A DNA stretch of 64,000 nt from the human T2T-CHM13v2.0 reference genome, Homo sapiens: NCBI RefSeq assembly GCF_009914755.1, contig NC_060945.1; one strand, 5' to 3'. Below, piece by piece: positions 25,374 to 42,867 of the stretch (position 1 is the stretch's first letter; each line of letters opens with the position of its first letter). The notes beneath the pieces are model-generated. The model was not told the DNA's origin. It saw only the letters and a program-made list of their open reading frames with translations, and did no database searches. The position numbers and the translations under genes are program-made.

Positions 25374-26545
25374 TGCTGTCAAGAGTATAAAAAGTTAAGT
25401 TTCAGTTTCTTTTATATTTTGTTAATATAGACTGCTTCATCTGAAAAGAGTAAAATTACATGAAGTCAGAACACTCCCACATCCTTTTAGCATTTGATCT
25501 CCACACCTCTGCCCTATAAATTTCTAAGCAAACAATGGTGAAAACAAAACATGGCCACTCGGTAGAAGAAATGAGGGCATTCCTTTTCTCCTGAGCACTC
25601 GCACCACTCTCCCAGACCCACTCCGGAGGTGTTGCAATAGAGGACAGTTTGCAGGGGAAAAGCCCAGATTCCCCAGCATGAAGCACACAGTCCTTTGTTC
25701 CATGGGTGTCATTCCCAACCATTCCCCCTCCACCCTACATTTCCTGAGCCAATGCCTCCATGCCTGTGCCACATGCCACCCACAGCGTGAAGGACTAGCA
25801 CCTTCTTGTGCCCTCACCTACACTCACGACCTCCTTTGGGCATCTGTCCTAGATGTTCTCACAGAGGAAACACTTAACAAATCTCTGGGCAGTGAAGTGA
25901 TAACAAGACTGAAGACCTAGTCTCTGCTCACACTGAACTCCACCTCCACTACTTTGGCCAGGCAATGATGCTGCAGCTGTAGATGATGGTTTTTAGAGTT
26001 CAGGTCAGTGCACTGGGTCCAGGCTGTCAGGTTTTGGCCCTAACCTTTTAACTCCATGAAGAGCCCCAGTAGTCTCTCTAGTCTCCTCCACACTCCATGG
26101 TATCTCAGCAAAGCTTTATGGCTTCTGTCACGCCAGGAATCAAAGAAAGGGGCTCATGAGTTCCTATGAGATTCAGCAGGCCTGTCTTCCTCCTTTCTTG
26201 ACCCCAACCACACATGTGTAGGAGGAAGGGGAGGGGACTACAGCATAAGCCCCAGCCGAGGCATCACCTTTGCCTATGTTTAGGTGCGACCTTCTGCCCT
26301 AGGTAGGAACACCTCTTGTCTCCAGGTAGCAGTGTGTTTGGAACCTGTCATTTAATTTTATAACTGGACCTCATTTTTCTCTTCTGTAAAACAATGTGGA
26401 GAATTTCAGGACCTGAGAAATGACTCGAATAGGATAAGAACTAAGATAGATTTAATTCAAGTAAAAGTCATTAAGCATTATGCATATGGCTATATGCACC
26501 AGTACTATGGAGATTCCAAAGTGTCCAAGACCAAGAGAAACACTA

Positions 26546-27010
<465 letters not shown>

Positions 27011-28629
27011 TTAACAGCGAGGATTTTGACAGAAGTAGAGAGAAGCTCTTTGGTTTAGGGGAACCACTTAGCCCAGCCTCATCCGACATGGGCATGAAAT
27101 ATCTGACATGTTTAAGAAAAAGGGAGAAATTTGGTGTGGCTGCAGTAGAGGATTTCAGAGAGAGCACAGCAACACACGAGGATGGGGATGAAAGCTGGGC
27201 TCAGATCAACAAGGTCCTTGAGTCTTGCTAACAAGGTTGGATTTTCATTTTTAGAGATTTCAGAGTAATTGAAAATTTCTAAGAAATTTTTAAAAATCTT
27301 AAATAACACCAATCACAGAAAACTTGGTGATGAAAATAAAAGGCTTTATTGGGAATCCAAATACCCACATTGGGATTCTTATTCAACCATTTACTGGACG
27401 TAAACGTCAACCTCTCTGGAATTTGTTTTATATTTTTCTGTGGGTAATTAAATGAAATGTTAGGGGAATAGAAAAGTAAATGAGATAATGGATGTGAAAG
27501 CACTTTGCCAACAATAACATACTGCAAAAAAAGAATGCATCCACACACTCGATTTTGCATTGCAAACTCTGCTAAAATGGAATAAGAACAAAATCTGTTA
27601 TCACAGGGGCAGCCTCCTCCTTAAGACACAAAAGTCCAATTTATAATTTTATTTTAAGAAACTTTTGGAGATGCTTCTGTCAGATGAATCATAAGCCATT
27701 GAAGATAAGTTGTTCATTTTCAGCCTTCCATTCCAATTGTTTTGAAAACATCTGTGTCATCATTCTACATGTCATGGACACCAAAATGGTAAACTGTCAT
27801 GGCACAGGCTAAACAGAAGCCATCACTCTCTGAAGCCTCTTATTTGTATCTTAAGTTACATGGTTATTATGAAATCTACTTTGGTAAATTGGAATTTAAA
27901 AAATAAATAAAAGTAAACCATTACACACAGAGTTCTGGAGTTGTACTGTTAATGTACTCTGTATGTGGAGTGGGAGTGGGGGTATAAGCAGTGGGAGGGA
28001 GGGAGGAAGGCTGACATTTAAAAAAAATATTTCCATGAAACAGGATTCTGACCTAGTAGAGTTCCCCTGTTGCCAGGAAAATATTGAGTAGATATTTAAA
28101 TCAGGCAAAGGGGCACTGCATCGCCAAAGACAAACTGTGCCTTTGTGAAACAAAATGCCTCACACAGGCAAACATCTTCTTTCAGAGGCCCCTCTAGAGA
28201 AATGAATAAAGTAAGATTAAATAAAAGCCAAACTGGTGATAATGAAAGTCCTGAATGTTATTTTTCTTAAATAATATCAACGTAAAATATTGGCTTCCCA
28301 AAAGAAAAAAATTACTCTTGGTTATGAAAAAAACATCAAAAAATAAAAACTAAAATGTACCTCTAAGCCATATCACAAGCCTAGTGAGGTGTTTGTTTAT
28401 AAATCCAGGCCCTGGGCAAGTCAGCCAATCTGCTGTCCAAGACACTCATAAGCCTGCGAAAATAAGATTTAACATCTTGCATCCTCAGGAGGACAGAAGT
28501 TACATTTATAAAGCAGGCCCAATAGAGAGAACTGGCTTAAATTTGAGCAATGATTCACTCCATCACAAATGGAAATTTGATCTCAAATAAAGAGCCTACC
28601 TCAAGACTGTTTCTGAGCCTTTTAAATTT

Positions 28630-30400
28630 CTAACTTATATGTAGAGTTCATTTATTGTTTTGGTATTGATTTCTAATTTTATTGCACGTTGGCCAGTGAA
28701 TAGAGTCTGTATGAAATTAACATTTTATTTTATTTTATTTTTTTGAGATAGTGTCTCGCTCTGTCACCTAGGCTGGAGAGCAGTGGCATGATCTGGGCTC
28801 ACTGCAACCTCTGCTTCCCAGGTTCAACTGCCTCAGCCTCCCGAATAGCTGGGATTACAGGCACCCACCACCATCCCGGCTAATTTTTGTATTTTTAATA
28901 GAGATGGGGTTTCACCATGTTGTCCAGGCTGATCTGGAACTCCTGACCTTAGGTGATCCACCCACCTCGGCCTCCCAAAGTGCTGGGATTGCAGGCGTGA
29001 GCCACCATGCCCAGCTGAAATTAGCTTTTTAAAAAGTTCCGGTTTGTTCCTCTTTTGGCGGCCTAGTGCATGGTCAGTTTTTATAAATGTTCCTTGATTG
29101 CTTAAGAAATGCATATTCTCTAATTTGGGAGTACAGAGTTCTAGAAAAAAAACTCTTGGTAAGGTGTATTTAATTTTAATGTCACTGACCTATCAATTAC
29201 TGAGAAATGCAAATTAAAATATCTCACTAAATTGGACTTGACTATTTCTTTTTGCAGTTCATTACATATTTCAAGGCTATGTTATTAGGTACATATAAGT
29301 TTATCATTATTATATATTTGTCATGAATTTAGCCTTTTTTCACTATGTAATGACCCTCAATTATCTCCAGTTATGCTTTCTGCCTGAAAGTATATTTAGT
29401 CTGCTTTCTATTTCTATTTTTGTCAGCTTTTTAAAAATTCAATTTTCACTAGCGTATCTTATTCTGTCAACTCTCAATCTTTGTTTGTGCAAGATTTTTT
29501 TGTAAACAACCCATAACTGATTGTGGAGTATTTTTTAGTCTAGTCTATCACTCTCTGTCTTTAATGGCAAATTTGGTCTATCTACACTTATTATCACTGA
29601 TCTATCTGATTTTTACCATCTTATTTTGTGCTTTATGTTAAACTTTCTTAGTCCATTCTCTATTTCTCCTTGCCAAGTGTCTAATCAGATTGATCTACTT
29701 TTCTTCATTCACTTTTTTTTCTTTGTTTCTGTATTGGTTTTGCTCTTTGACATTCTAGTTCTCTTTCCTGTTAATCTTTAAACAAAATCTAAGTTTAATT
29801 ACCAGTAATTTAGAAAGCTTATACTTGAATCATCCATCTCTGATTTTACATGACAATGTTCCCTCATATTTTTACTCCACTGAATTTTCTACTCCCTACT
29901 TAGGGAGGCTGTGGTTGTCATTTTACAGCCATTTCTTTCTAGATCTACCCTCACCTTAATCAATTTCATTGCTCCCATTTCCTTCCTGTATCTCACTCCC
30001 TTCTTCTAGGATCCATTTTTTAAATTAAATCTTTTGTTATTATCTGAAGTGAGGTTCAATTAGCAACAAACTCTCTTTTTAACTCCTTCTTTTATGTTCT
30101 TCCTTAATATTTAAAAAGTTTATTTATTTTATACTCTTTATCCAATACTTTAATTATTTAACCTTCTGCTTAATCATGTTCATTGTTTCTGTTAAATCTT
30201 GGTTGGGGGAGATCTCTCTTCAGCTATTTTTTTGTAATTTGCGGGTGGCAGAGTCATCTTTAGCGGGTCTCTATCTGCAGGAATTCTGTACAGCGTAGGT
30301 TGAAGACATGTCTCTCCATGAAGATTTCGTATTTACTTCTGCCAGGTTTCCCAGATTATCACTAGCCCATGACCATTTTTCTGTATTAATTTCTCAGCCT
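28630..30400 (-). mobile_element. Old L1 (L1M) ORF2-region relic, interrupted by an Alu
   Basis: ttgatttctaattttattgc, tggtcagtttttataaatgttcc, gttattaggtacatataagttta, ctctgtctttaat motifs typical of antisense L1M. Confidence 0.6.
28723..29015 (-). mobile_element. AluS (Sx/Sz-like)
   Basis: Full reverse Alu; TSD tgaaatta(a/g)c. Confidence 0.9.
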
Positions 30401-31370
30401 TAGAGTTCCTGGCACACACTGTTGTGTGTATGGGGTGGGGACTCGGGTAATGACAGGCTCAGTTCCAATTCTCTGCTTTGTGGAAGCTCAAGATTTCATT
30501 CCTTGCCCCTAGTTGACCTTTAAAACCCAAATCTCTGCATTATAGCAACCTAGGACAACCAGGTGTCAACATAAGAATGTGCTGCTCTGCTCTATTCTCA
30601 CTTTTTTCCTTATTTTAGTCCCTAAGGAGTTCATTGCCTTTCTTCCCAGTTCAGCTGTGCATTTAAAAGGATATTAAACTCCATGCAGCAATTCCAGGTG
30701 TTTTGCAAAAGGAATGTTTCTCAGGTCCTTTTATAGTAACCTCTCTATTTTACTAGAACCAAGAGCCCTCTCTGCATACTTTTTACCTATTTACTTTGAA
30801 TAGTTTTCATTTTTAATGCAGCCATCATCCTAACTCATGTTATGCTTTACTTCATTCATTTATTAATTAATCAATTGTCAAAAATTACTTATATGAATTG
30901 TATAATCCTCTATGAAAGATTCAAAAATGGCAAGAAAGAGTGCCTGTCCTCTACTTGTTTGAGAATCTACAATTCTGTGTATTTTATTTAAAAATACATG
31001 ACTAAATTATTTTTGTTAGGCTCTAAACATAGCTTTGTCATTCTGACACACTGATTTATTTCTCTGGATGAAACCATTCTCAAGTAATCATCTTGTTTTT
31101 GGATAATGATCGTTATTGTTCTTTGTTTTCTTTTGTTGTTGTTGCCTCCTGTTAGTTATTCCATGACAACATTGTGTGTGCTCATCATGTTTTAGAAATG
31201 CAATGGCTTGTTCCACATAAAGGTTTCTCCCTGCCTGGGTTTTCTTTCTTTGTCTTCTCTTTAAATGTTGCTATCCCCAGAGTTTCATCCTTGGTCTACC
31301 CCTCTCCTCTCTCCATATGTATCTTTGGGCATTCTTATTTGCTCTCATGTTTGAACTATAACATGCATGC

Positions 31371-31846
31371 TGTATTATTTTCCTAGGGCTGCCGTAACCA
31401 AGTACCACAAAATGTGTGGCTTAGAAACAACAGAAATTCATCGTCTCATAGTTCTGGAGGATCAAAGTCTGAAATCAAGGTATCAGCAAGGCCTTGCTCC
31501 ATCCGAGACTGTGGATAAAATCTGTCCTTGGCTCTTCTAGCTTCTGGTGCTGTCCAGCAATTGAATGTTCCATTGCTTGCAGTTGCATCAGTCCAACCTC
31601 TGCCTGTCTTCACATGGAGTTCTCCCTCTGTGTTTCCATATCATCTTCCCTCTGTGTGTGTCTATGTCCAAATTTCTCCTTTGTGTAAGGACACCAGTCA
31701 TTTTATTAGGCTCACCCTAATGACCTCATCTTAACTTGATTAAATCTGCAAAACCTCTATTTCCACATAAGGTCACATTCTAAGGAACTGGGGGTTAGGA
31801 CTTCAGCATATCTTGTGAGGGAGGCACAATTTTTTAACCTGTAACA
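31371..31846 (-). mobile_element. MaLR solo LTR (MLT1C-like)
   Basis: tgtatt..ttcctagggctgccgtaaccaagtaccacaaa...aggtcacattc...ggggttaggacttca...taaca. Confidence 0.85.
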
Positions 31847-31939
31847 GGCAGCTGTTTCTGCCAGTCTATATCTTGAGTCCCCAGGGCACTCTCACAGATG
31901 CCAGACCCAAATATAAACAGAAGAACTGCACTTTTTATC

Positions 31940-32170
31940 CCAGGTACTGTTTAAGCATGTCACACATATTGCTATATTTAATCCATATAGCACCACATGA
32001 AGTAGGAATTATTATCATCCATATTTTGGTGATGAAAAACCTGAGAAACAGCAAGATTAAGTAGCTTCCCAGATCCCACAGTTAGTACATGGCAGAGTTT
32101 AGAACTCAAGTGCTGTGACTCCCGATCAAGGACTTTCCATCCTGAGCTCTAGGCCCACCACACTGCCTGA
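31940..32170 (-). mobile_element. MIR SINE
   Basis: catgaagtaggaattattatcatccatattttggtgatgaaaaacctgag...gttagtacatggcagag. Confidence 0.65.
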
Positions 32171-32544
32171 CAGGTGTCCCAGAAGCATCTTAAACACAGG
32201 ATGAACCAAACTGAAATCACCTATTTTAAACATTTTTTTTTTTGTATATTCATTAACACCTACCCAGCTGCTCATGCTAAATCTAAGCTGTCTTCAATTC
32301 CATTCTTCTCTTTGACTTTCAAGAAAAACAGATAACATCATTAGCACTGTAGAAATGTAAAAATTAGCCCTGGGCAACACAGTAGATTATTTTACAAAAT
32401 TCCCTCTCCACCTCCTTTGTTTACTTAAGTCTTATTTGAAAAGGCTGTTGCAGAATGTCTACAACAATTTAACAAACACATTCTCTCATCCCATTCCTGT
32501 GTTCTCCCCTGGGTATTTTTGTCAGCACAGCTTAGGAAGAAGAA

Positions 32545-32790
32545 CCCAGACTGTGGAGTCAGAAAGAACTGGGTTCGAATCCTGGCTCTTCAAATGATTG
32601 GCTGTGACATATTTGGCAACTCTCTTAGCGTTCCTAGTTTTAGTTTCTTTACTGTCGAGTGAGAATGATAATGAGTACCTACATCATAGGGTGGTCGCAT
32701 GATTTAAATGAGATAATGCCTTTTCTACAAAGTGCATGTCCAAGTGCCTGACAACAGTGCATATCAATAGATAGTAGCTGTCGTTGCTTT
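32545..32790 (+). mobile_element. MIR SINE
   Basis: agactgtggagtcagaaagaactgggttcgaatcctggctct...gatttaaatgagataatg. Confidence 0.7.
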
Positions 32791-34920
32791 TTAGAAAAAT
32801 GACTTGATTTTAGCCTCACATTTAACCCAATGGTGGTTTCCTCAACCGCTATTCAGCTGATAACTTTAAAATACACATAATAAACTTTGATGTTAGCATT
32901 TCTATTTTAGTGGGTTTTGTTATTTAGTTGTTTGAGCATAGCAGGAATTTAAACAGAAGATTAAAGAAGCATGTCCCATCATATCGACAGAGTGGAAGAG
33001 ATCCTCGGGTGTGTTCAGGGACGTAACAAAGAAAGATGAAGACACAAGTCATTTCACCAGCAGGTTCTGGGCCTGAGAATAGGCTCTGGTCTCACCCAGT
33101 TGTGCAAGTGTTCCCGGGAAAGTCATTTCACCTCTCTCAGTCTTGGTTTTCTCATGTTTAAAGGAAGACTGAACTTAGACCACCAAGAATCCTGCAACCC
33201 CTGCGAGTCTGCGATTCCTGCTAGTTAGATCTAGATTACTGTTAACTTGATAAATCACATTTACTCTCCTCCACACAGAATCCAAGTGCTGGCTGTGTTG
33301 TCTGGCGATTGAGAACACAAAAGACATGATCATCACCTCACTAAACTTACAATCTAATAGAACAGACAGGCTTATAAATAACTCACGCTAAGAGGATTGG
33401 AAACATAATATATCAGCCATCAGGGCTTGGTCGGAGGGTATGTTCTATTACTTGTTATTCACTGGCTTTCAAAGCCCAGTGGGGGAATGTCAATATTTAG
33501 GGAGGATCATGTGGAAACTATGCAGTCCTCTAACACTCTGAGAACTCAAGATCCCTTCTTTACATGAAATCAGACTGCCAAAGACTCATGCTGGGTGTCT
33601 GTCCTCTACCTGTGCTGAGCTATTCTCTAATGTAACTCAGCGCTCACAGAAGATGTCACAAGAAATAAGCTGTTGAAATGCAGTGCTGCAACTGTGGCAG
33701 GAAGACGGTCGATGGTCAGGTCTATGGCCCCAGTGGCCCCAAAAGGGATCCTTCTTTTAGGATTCTACACTATGATAAACATTGCCTTCCCTGTGAAACT
33801 TCTTTTTTGAAAGGAAAAATTATTTCCCCAAATAACTCTTTTCATTTTGGCTGCCAGGAAGCTCAAAGCCATACTAGAAACTTAAGTACAGCATCTTGGG
33901 CAAGCTTGTGGTCAAAATGGCTGCATTCTTCCCTCACATGCTCTTGGCTTCTCATTTGTATTTTTAACTGCCTTAGCACTGATTCCTAATTTCCATTTGA
34001 TAAGTCAATTGGGTATAAGCCCATCAGTAGTTTAGTTCACACGGCACCTCAAATCCTTTGCAGAATATCCACATTTAAGTAAGTATATACATGCATTTGA
34101 GAATACAATATGAAACAAAATAAAGTATGATAACAAAATAATTGGTAAGATGTCATAAGAGGAGTGATTAATTTGCCAGAGGATCAAGCATGGCTCCCTT
34201 GACAGGGCAGATTTTGAAGATGTCTGGAAGAATGAGCAAGAGCATTCCAGAGAGGGAACCGCAGGGACAAGGACACCGGGTGGTGAAAATGCAGCGCGTG
34301 AGTTGGGGATGTGGCAGAGGAAAACGGCAGAGGCTGCAAAGGGCTTTCGAAATCACATCATCGTGGGTATAAATGAAGCTGTTCTTGATTCGTCCTGTCA
34401 TAGCAATCTCCATTCCTCACATGCTCTGAAATACTGGTCTGAGTCATTCATTTGAGCTCTCAATCACACCTTCTCCTGTCTGTCAAAAACTACTTACCCC
34501 ACATGGGTGGGTCTTAGCTACTTCTGACAGCCTTCGGTCATCTCCTCAGTGATTAAGAGTAATGGGAACTCCATGAACACTTTCTAACGGAATAGAAAGG
34601 TCCTAGCACAGGGGTCTGAGTAAGACACAAGTCATGTAGCTTCAGCCACACGTGTTTGGTGGGCAAGAAAAGGTGATTTTAAATCTCATTAGAGCTTTTA
34701 TTCACGGTGAATGGAACACAGTAAGAGTTTAATGAATGAATTAATAATGAAGAAAGTGAAGAGATACAGTGAAGAGAAGAATGTGGCTACTCTTATCTCT
34801 GAGATTACTGATTATTGCAAGGGTCTATGCTGAAAGTGAATTATTTTAAAAATAGAAGCAGAGGCATTTGAAAAACTCAACACTTTAGCACCTATTTTAA
34901 GGAATTAAAACAGAAAAAGA

Positions 34921-35265
<345 letters not shown>

Positions 35266-35646
35266 CTATAAGCTGCTAAAGCGAGAGGTCCTATTGCATT
35301 TTGGTCAGCATTTTGCAACTTTTAAGAAGTGAATGGAGCCTGTGCCTTCCTCTTTGTTAGCCACTTGGTTAGCACATCTCCATGTTCACAGCCAACACCT
35401 AAAGAGTAACAGTAACTACTGCAATGAGTGATTCTTCATTTTTTTTTGGAATGTTAATGTGATACTGTTAATCATTTCTATCTTTCCTTTTTGTCTACTT
35501 GCCTTTTCTAAAAGTGATAAACCATATCTTTATTAAAAATAATTCAAGTCTATTAAAGTAAAATTTATATCTTCTATCTAGATTAGAACTTTTCAACCTT
35601 ATTGTACATGAAAATTACATACACAATAAGCATGTTAATAATGTAA

Positions 35647-35987
<341 letters not shown>

Positions 35988-36070
35988 AGGAAATGTGTAT
36001 TTTTAATCATAAATTTTCCAGATAATCTTGATACAAGTGGTTCTGACCATACTTTGAAAAACACTTTCTA

Positions 36071-36392
<322 letters not shown>

Positions 36393-39215
36393 AAACACTT
36401 TCTAGTCAACCTCCAAATTAAGCTCGGCCAAAAAAGAGCCATATAACCAGCATGGGGGATGTCACACTTGTCAGGCCCCTCTTATTACAACTGGTTTCAC
36501 TGAATGACACTTGGGTTTACGACAGTGTAAGAGACTGCCCTGCCCTATGAGAGATCCTCCTAGATTTACAGATACTCGCACCAAATACATAGATAAAAAC
36601 CAGAGATGGGAATTATGGCCTAACCAGTACCCTTTGGGAAGGCACAATCAACAGTCTTGCCAGAACAACAGGCACAAACCAGGGCTGCCCAGAATGCCTG
36701 GTGGCGCTACTGGTTGAACGCTTTGCTCATGACTCCCCTTATCTTCCTTAGGACAAACAGAGGAACACATCTTCCTCCAGACTCAGAATTAATAGCTGGA
36801 CCATCTTTTCACATTTGCTTTCTTTTTATCCTGTAGGCACTGAATTATCCCTTTCATACTGCCTGATGATACCTCGAAGCCAAATAACACCTACCTTTTG
36901 CAATTCTGCAATATTTAAATGTTGCAATTAAAAATACACATACACACACACACACGTGCGTGTAAACCTCACTCCTGGTTTTACTCTCTCTGTTCAATTT
37001 TTACTTTAGTCCATTCTCCACATTCCTTTATTTTTAAAAAGTGGATTCTACCGTGCTCTTTCATATGTATCTATGTGAGCTTTCTTAAATCTGTTCTGAA
37101 ATAGGAGGCAGTGTAAATATATCAAGTGACAGTCTACATTTATCCTTCAGGGACATTTTCTAGTTGACACTTTCTTATGGGCTTTTTTTTGACACTTTTT
37201 TTATGGGCTTCTTTATTAACTCAAGATCATGAGTATCAAAACCAGGGTTGAGGGAATCGCTTCTCAAAAGTGGGTTCCAGGTACCAGAACCCAATCTGAA
37301 CACGGACAAAGCCCCCCAGCTCCTCTGTGGTTTTATCTCTCAGTCTCCGTACAGTACAAATTTTCTCATCAGTGTTTATTAGGGCCACTGCTATCTCTAG
37401 TGTGTAAACATCGGCATGTATTGATGATGGTACAAATGTTTAGGAATAACTGATGGTTTTTTTTTTTTTCACTCAGCTATCCGTGTGATTTGCATTAGTG
37501 CCAAGCAATGTCTCTAAGTAGTAAGGTCTATGTGAACCACTCAGGACCAGGTCTGGAGAATTCTTTTTGCACACATGGGGTACTCCGTGCCCCAAATCTG
37601 CCTTAGTGAGGTGCCTGGATACCATGGGGATGGATACAGCAGCTGGTACAGCTGCCTGAGGTCCTGCAACCTCATGGCCACATTGGAAAATTGTCCAGAT
37701 TGTGCAATGAAGCTGTGTGTGTGTGTGCGTGTGTGTGTGTGTGTTCATCTCTGTGTGTGTATGAGCACACATACATGAAGCTTGACCAATAACTGAAAGA
37801 CTCACAACTTGCAAAATCAGCCACAACTAGCTCTCTTACAAACACTATTAACTGAATAACTGCCTACACTGGCGTGAAGCAACTGAAGGAGGGAAGAGCT
37901 GAAGAGAAGAGTACTTTGCTCCAAAGAAAGGAAACAGCCTTTACATCAAAGCTTACTATAAGCCAATTTGCAGAGCTATCCTTGCATCCATCCAGCTAAT
38001 ATTTGATGAGCAGCTACTATGTATAAAAAATCCTGGGTGCTCTGACTTCAGTTGATTCTCTGTTCTCTTCCCCACACAAATATCTCTCTTATTTTCTAAA
38101 TACTTTCCTTAGTGTAGAAAGACTCAAGTCTGGCCCTACTGAAAAGGATATTTATGACATCAAAGCATATTGATGGCCTCATGGAAATACAGCCTCACCA
38201 GTTAGAAGATGGTACCAGGCATTACCTCTTACATCTGTGATTCAATGTGGAACCAAGCAAGGAATCTTCAGTGCAGGCCCCCTCAGATGGATTCTCTCAT
38301 CTTTGAGATCTAAACACTTTGTTTTGTCTCCTTTGAAGAAATTACATTCTTAAGGAGGAGGGCAAAGGGTGAGATGGGTTAGGGGGCTTCCTTTGGGTGT
38401 CTACTTCACTTTGTTCATGCCCAGAGAGTGTCTGGGCAACACACCACTGCCCTCCTGCCTCTCCTCCAGGCACATCCTAGCCTTCGAGTTTTTCTTATGT
38501 GCCACACATCTGGAGTGGGCACCTGGGACATTTGTGTTTCTATTTTTCCCATCCAACAGGAACAGCCCCCTGTTCTGAGGCACAGCAGCAAGTGAGGCAG
38601 TCTCAGGCATTCAGGTGCATTGTCAAGATCAAACCAAATGCATGGCCTCTGTACCTGTCAACTGCCTTTCAGTAAATACAAAGGACGGTTTTCTCCCTTT
38701 CGTAATCTACCATCAGTGTCTCCTGTAAGTCTTAAAAAATGCTTTGAAATCAGGCACAACCCCAAAGGATGGTCCCTTTCACACCCCACTGCATCGAACC
38801 AGCTTTACGTGTTTGCTGAAAGTCACATGGTGACAGATCTAAGCTGAAACCTGGGATTCAAATCCAGGCCAGATGTTTTGCAAAGTACCCTGCACTCCTG
38901 AACTCTTCTGTCTAGAAGGTGACAGAAGCCCACTGGGCATGATCCAACTCAGGTAAAGGGAAAGTCACACCATGGAGGGAATCTAACCTGTTTGCCATCA
39001 CACTTCGCAGATATTAATTTAGGTGACCCCAGGAGCAAGGGAGAATTGAGTTTGTGCAGATTTCACCCATGCATGCCCTTGGCTACTTTGCCAACAAGGA
39101 GTAACTTGTACAGTGCAGCTCAGTGGTGAGGTGTCCGTTCATCCATTCTCCACCTCCCTTAATATTCACTGAGCACCTCCCACTTACCAGGCACTGCAAC
39201 TGGCCCTGGAGATAG

Positions 39216-39471
<256 letters not shown>

Positions 39472-40505
39472 TAATGGCAGAAGGGAATGAATGAAATCAA
39501 GAAAAATCAGGCCAACAGGAGACTGGCAGTCACAGGTGGAGACGAGAGCAATTCCAGACGGAAGTGCTCAGGACTGGCCTCCCTGAGGCCATGACATTGG
39601 CACGGATACTTGGTGAAGGAAAATGATATGGAACTACCTGGAATTAAGGGTTTCAGGCTGAGCTGACGCCAAATTCAAATCCCTGAGGCAGGACCGCAGG
39701 GTGACCAGATGGCTGAAACAAGTAACAGGAGGGAACCCACAGAAATTGCTGTAAGCAGCTGAGATTTAATCCAATGCCAACAGGCAGAGACTAAAGGAGT
39801 AAGGCAGACCTGCCTGAGTCCTAACTTGGCCTCTTATTAGCCTAATGCCCTTGGAAAAGTTGGTGGACCTCTCTGAACTTCATCTTCCTCATCAGGGAAA
39901 TCATGAGAAAGATGTCCATTTGCAAAGATTGGTTGAGATCACGTTTCTAAAGCATTTATCCAAATGCCTCCTGTAGGGTAAAGGTTCACTGACTGGTGAC
40001 TGTTGCTGTTGTTCTTATATTTCTGGCTTTAGGTAGCATGTATCCTCTGAGGAGCTTTAAGTCATTTTTTCTATTACCTTTAGTTTGGCTAAATAAATAA
40101 GTTCTTGTCACGTCTTTCAAGTTCAAGAGCTATTCCTTTGGGTTGGTTTTGAATTATGTTTGTGGTAAAGAGTTACTCTGGTTATTAGAATCTGTATTAC
40201 AGGCCAGTGATAGCTGGAATTTTAGATGCTTAAGGGAACACGTAAGACAGCCATATAATATATGGCTCCCACATGTTTATTTTTCCAGATAAGATAATTT
40301 TAAAAACAAACAAGTCTATCATCTATCATAAATAGTACCTCATGAAGGACAGGATATTTGGAACAATAATCTCCAAGAAGGGGCAATTCCTCCCTAGAAA
40401 GGTCACCTTTCATAGACATATACACACGTGTGCATATGTGTGTGCACACAAGCAAGGCTGCATGTTTGCCTGGACATCCTCTTTCTCTCTGTCTCTCTCC
40501 ATACG

Positions 40506-40507
<2 letters not shown>

Positions 40508-40541
<34 letters not shown>
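40508..40541. repeat. (GT)17 microsatellite
   Basis: Direct count, 34 bp. Confidence 0.95.
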
Positions 40542-40543
<2 letters not shown>

Positions 40544-40826
40544 TTTTCTCTATGTGGCAAAATAAAGAGCTGGGGCTACATACTGCTGTCTCACATATTT
40601 TTTAAATATTTGTATTTTTAAATACAGGTGTATTTTTCTTGCTTTGCTGTCGATCCGTGAACATGTCCTCATGCATAGACCTCTGCCAGCTCCCATTTAC
40701 AAGCCCTGCTCTGGACAAAGGAGATGTGATCAATGCCACAGGTGGGGGAGAAGAGCTCCCTGAGGCTCAGCCTAGCCTTGGGGAAGTTGCGATCTGCCGA
40801 GGGCAGTGAAGCTGTGGGCACCTGAC

Positions 40827-40978
40827 CTGCTGGCACGATAACTCTGCGCTCGTTCGTGGTCATGTTTGGGGGTGGCATGTGCTTCTCCTCCATGTAGCTG
40901 CCGTAGTTCATCCCAACGGTGTCTGGGCTGCCCACCATCTTCCCGCCTTTGGCCACACTGCATTCATCAGGAGAGTTC
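40827..40978 (-). CDS. ERG: ERG coding exon, 152 nt ([17 protein letters not shown]...ERRVIVPA)
   Basis: ORF 40669-41142 contains the ERG peptide; acceptor tccAG at 40979-40980, donor GTcagg at 40825-40826; phase 2 to phase 1. Confidence 0.98.
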
Positions 40979-41122
40979 CTGGAGGAGAAGAAATATTCTT
41001 CCATTATAACAGCAATCAAAGAGCATGTCTCCATCGACTTCTCACAATACACAGAGAGAACCAAAGAAGGGCAAGGCGGAAGAGACTGGGGGAGAAAGGA
41101 CAAGTGTGAAAAGCCAAATACA

Positions 41123-41824
<702 letters not shown>

Positions 41825-42510
41825 GTGCCCATACTGGCTAGATGCACAGAACACGCACAAGGGAGGCGGAACTACCACCTGGCTTCTGTTTCTTAAGCAG
41901 CTCCTCCTGAAACTGTCATGTCAAAACTCCATCTGTGACAACTGATTGGGGACACTTGCAGGGAACAGTGAACTGCTCTTTGTTCTCGCGGTGTGACAGC
42001 AAACAGGCAGAGTAGACAGATGCTGTGGGGCGGCACCAGGGACACTCGCTGCTCAGTGAGGTTTATCCTGGAACGACGTTCCTTCTCAAAACCTCAGAAT
42101 GAAATCCTCCTGCTCAATTTCAAATCCCTGCAGCCAATCTTTACATATGGAGCTTTGAAGACTCACAGTGTTCCAGGCTTAGGTGTAGACAGGAAGGGCA
42201 GGGAAGGGTGAGGACTGACGCTAGGGGAGGCCTCATGGGGAGTGGACTCCAGCAGTCCTAGAGGACCCTTGGGAAAGGGATAGGGAAGGAACTGTGTGGA
42301 TGCAGAGAGGGGTCAGCTACTGACTACTGACCGTGGGCAACAGGTCACAGGGCTGCTGTTAGTAAGGCAGTCACTGTCATTTGGATAAAGTCAAACCTAC
42401 CTTTCTGGAAAAAGAAAAGGAAAACATTTTAAACAGTGAGTTGTGAAAGCTACAGGACATTGGTGAAATCGCATCTGATAGGGAAATGCTAAAAAGAAAA
42501 TCCAGCTTAG

Positions 42511-42867
<357 letters not shown>

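Noticed and set aside
37164-37212. Short imperfect duplication ttgacacttt..ttatgggctt x2 (also cttaaa(a)ggggcc x2 near 55047-55070)
   Set aside because: Ordinary slippage duplications with no further signal
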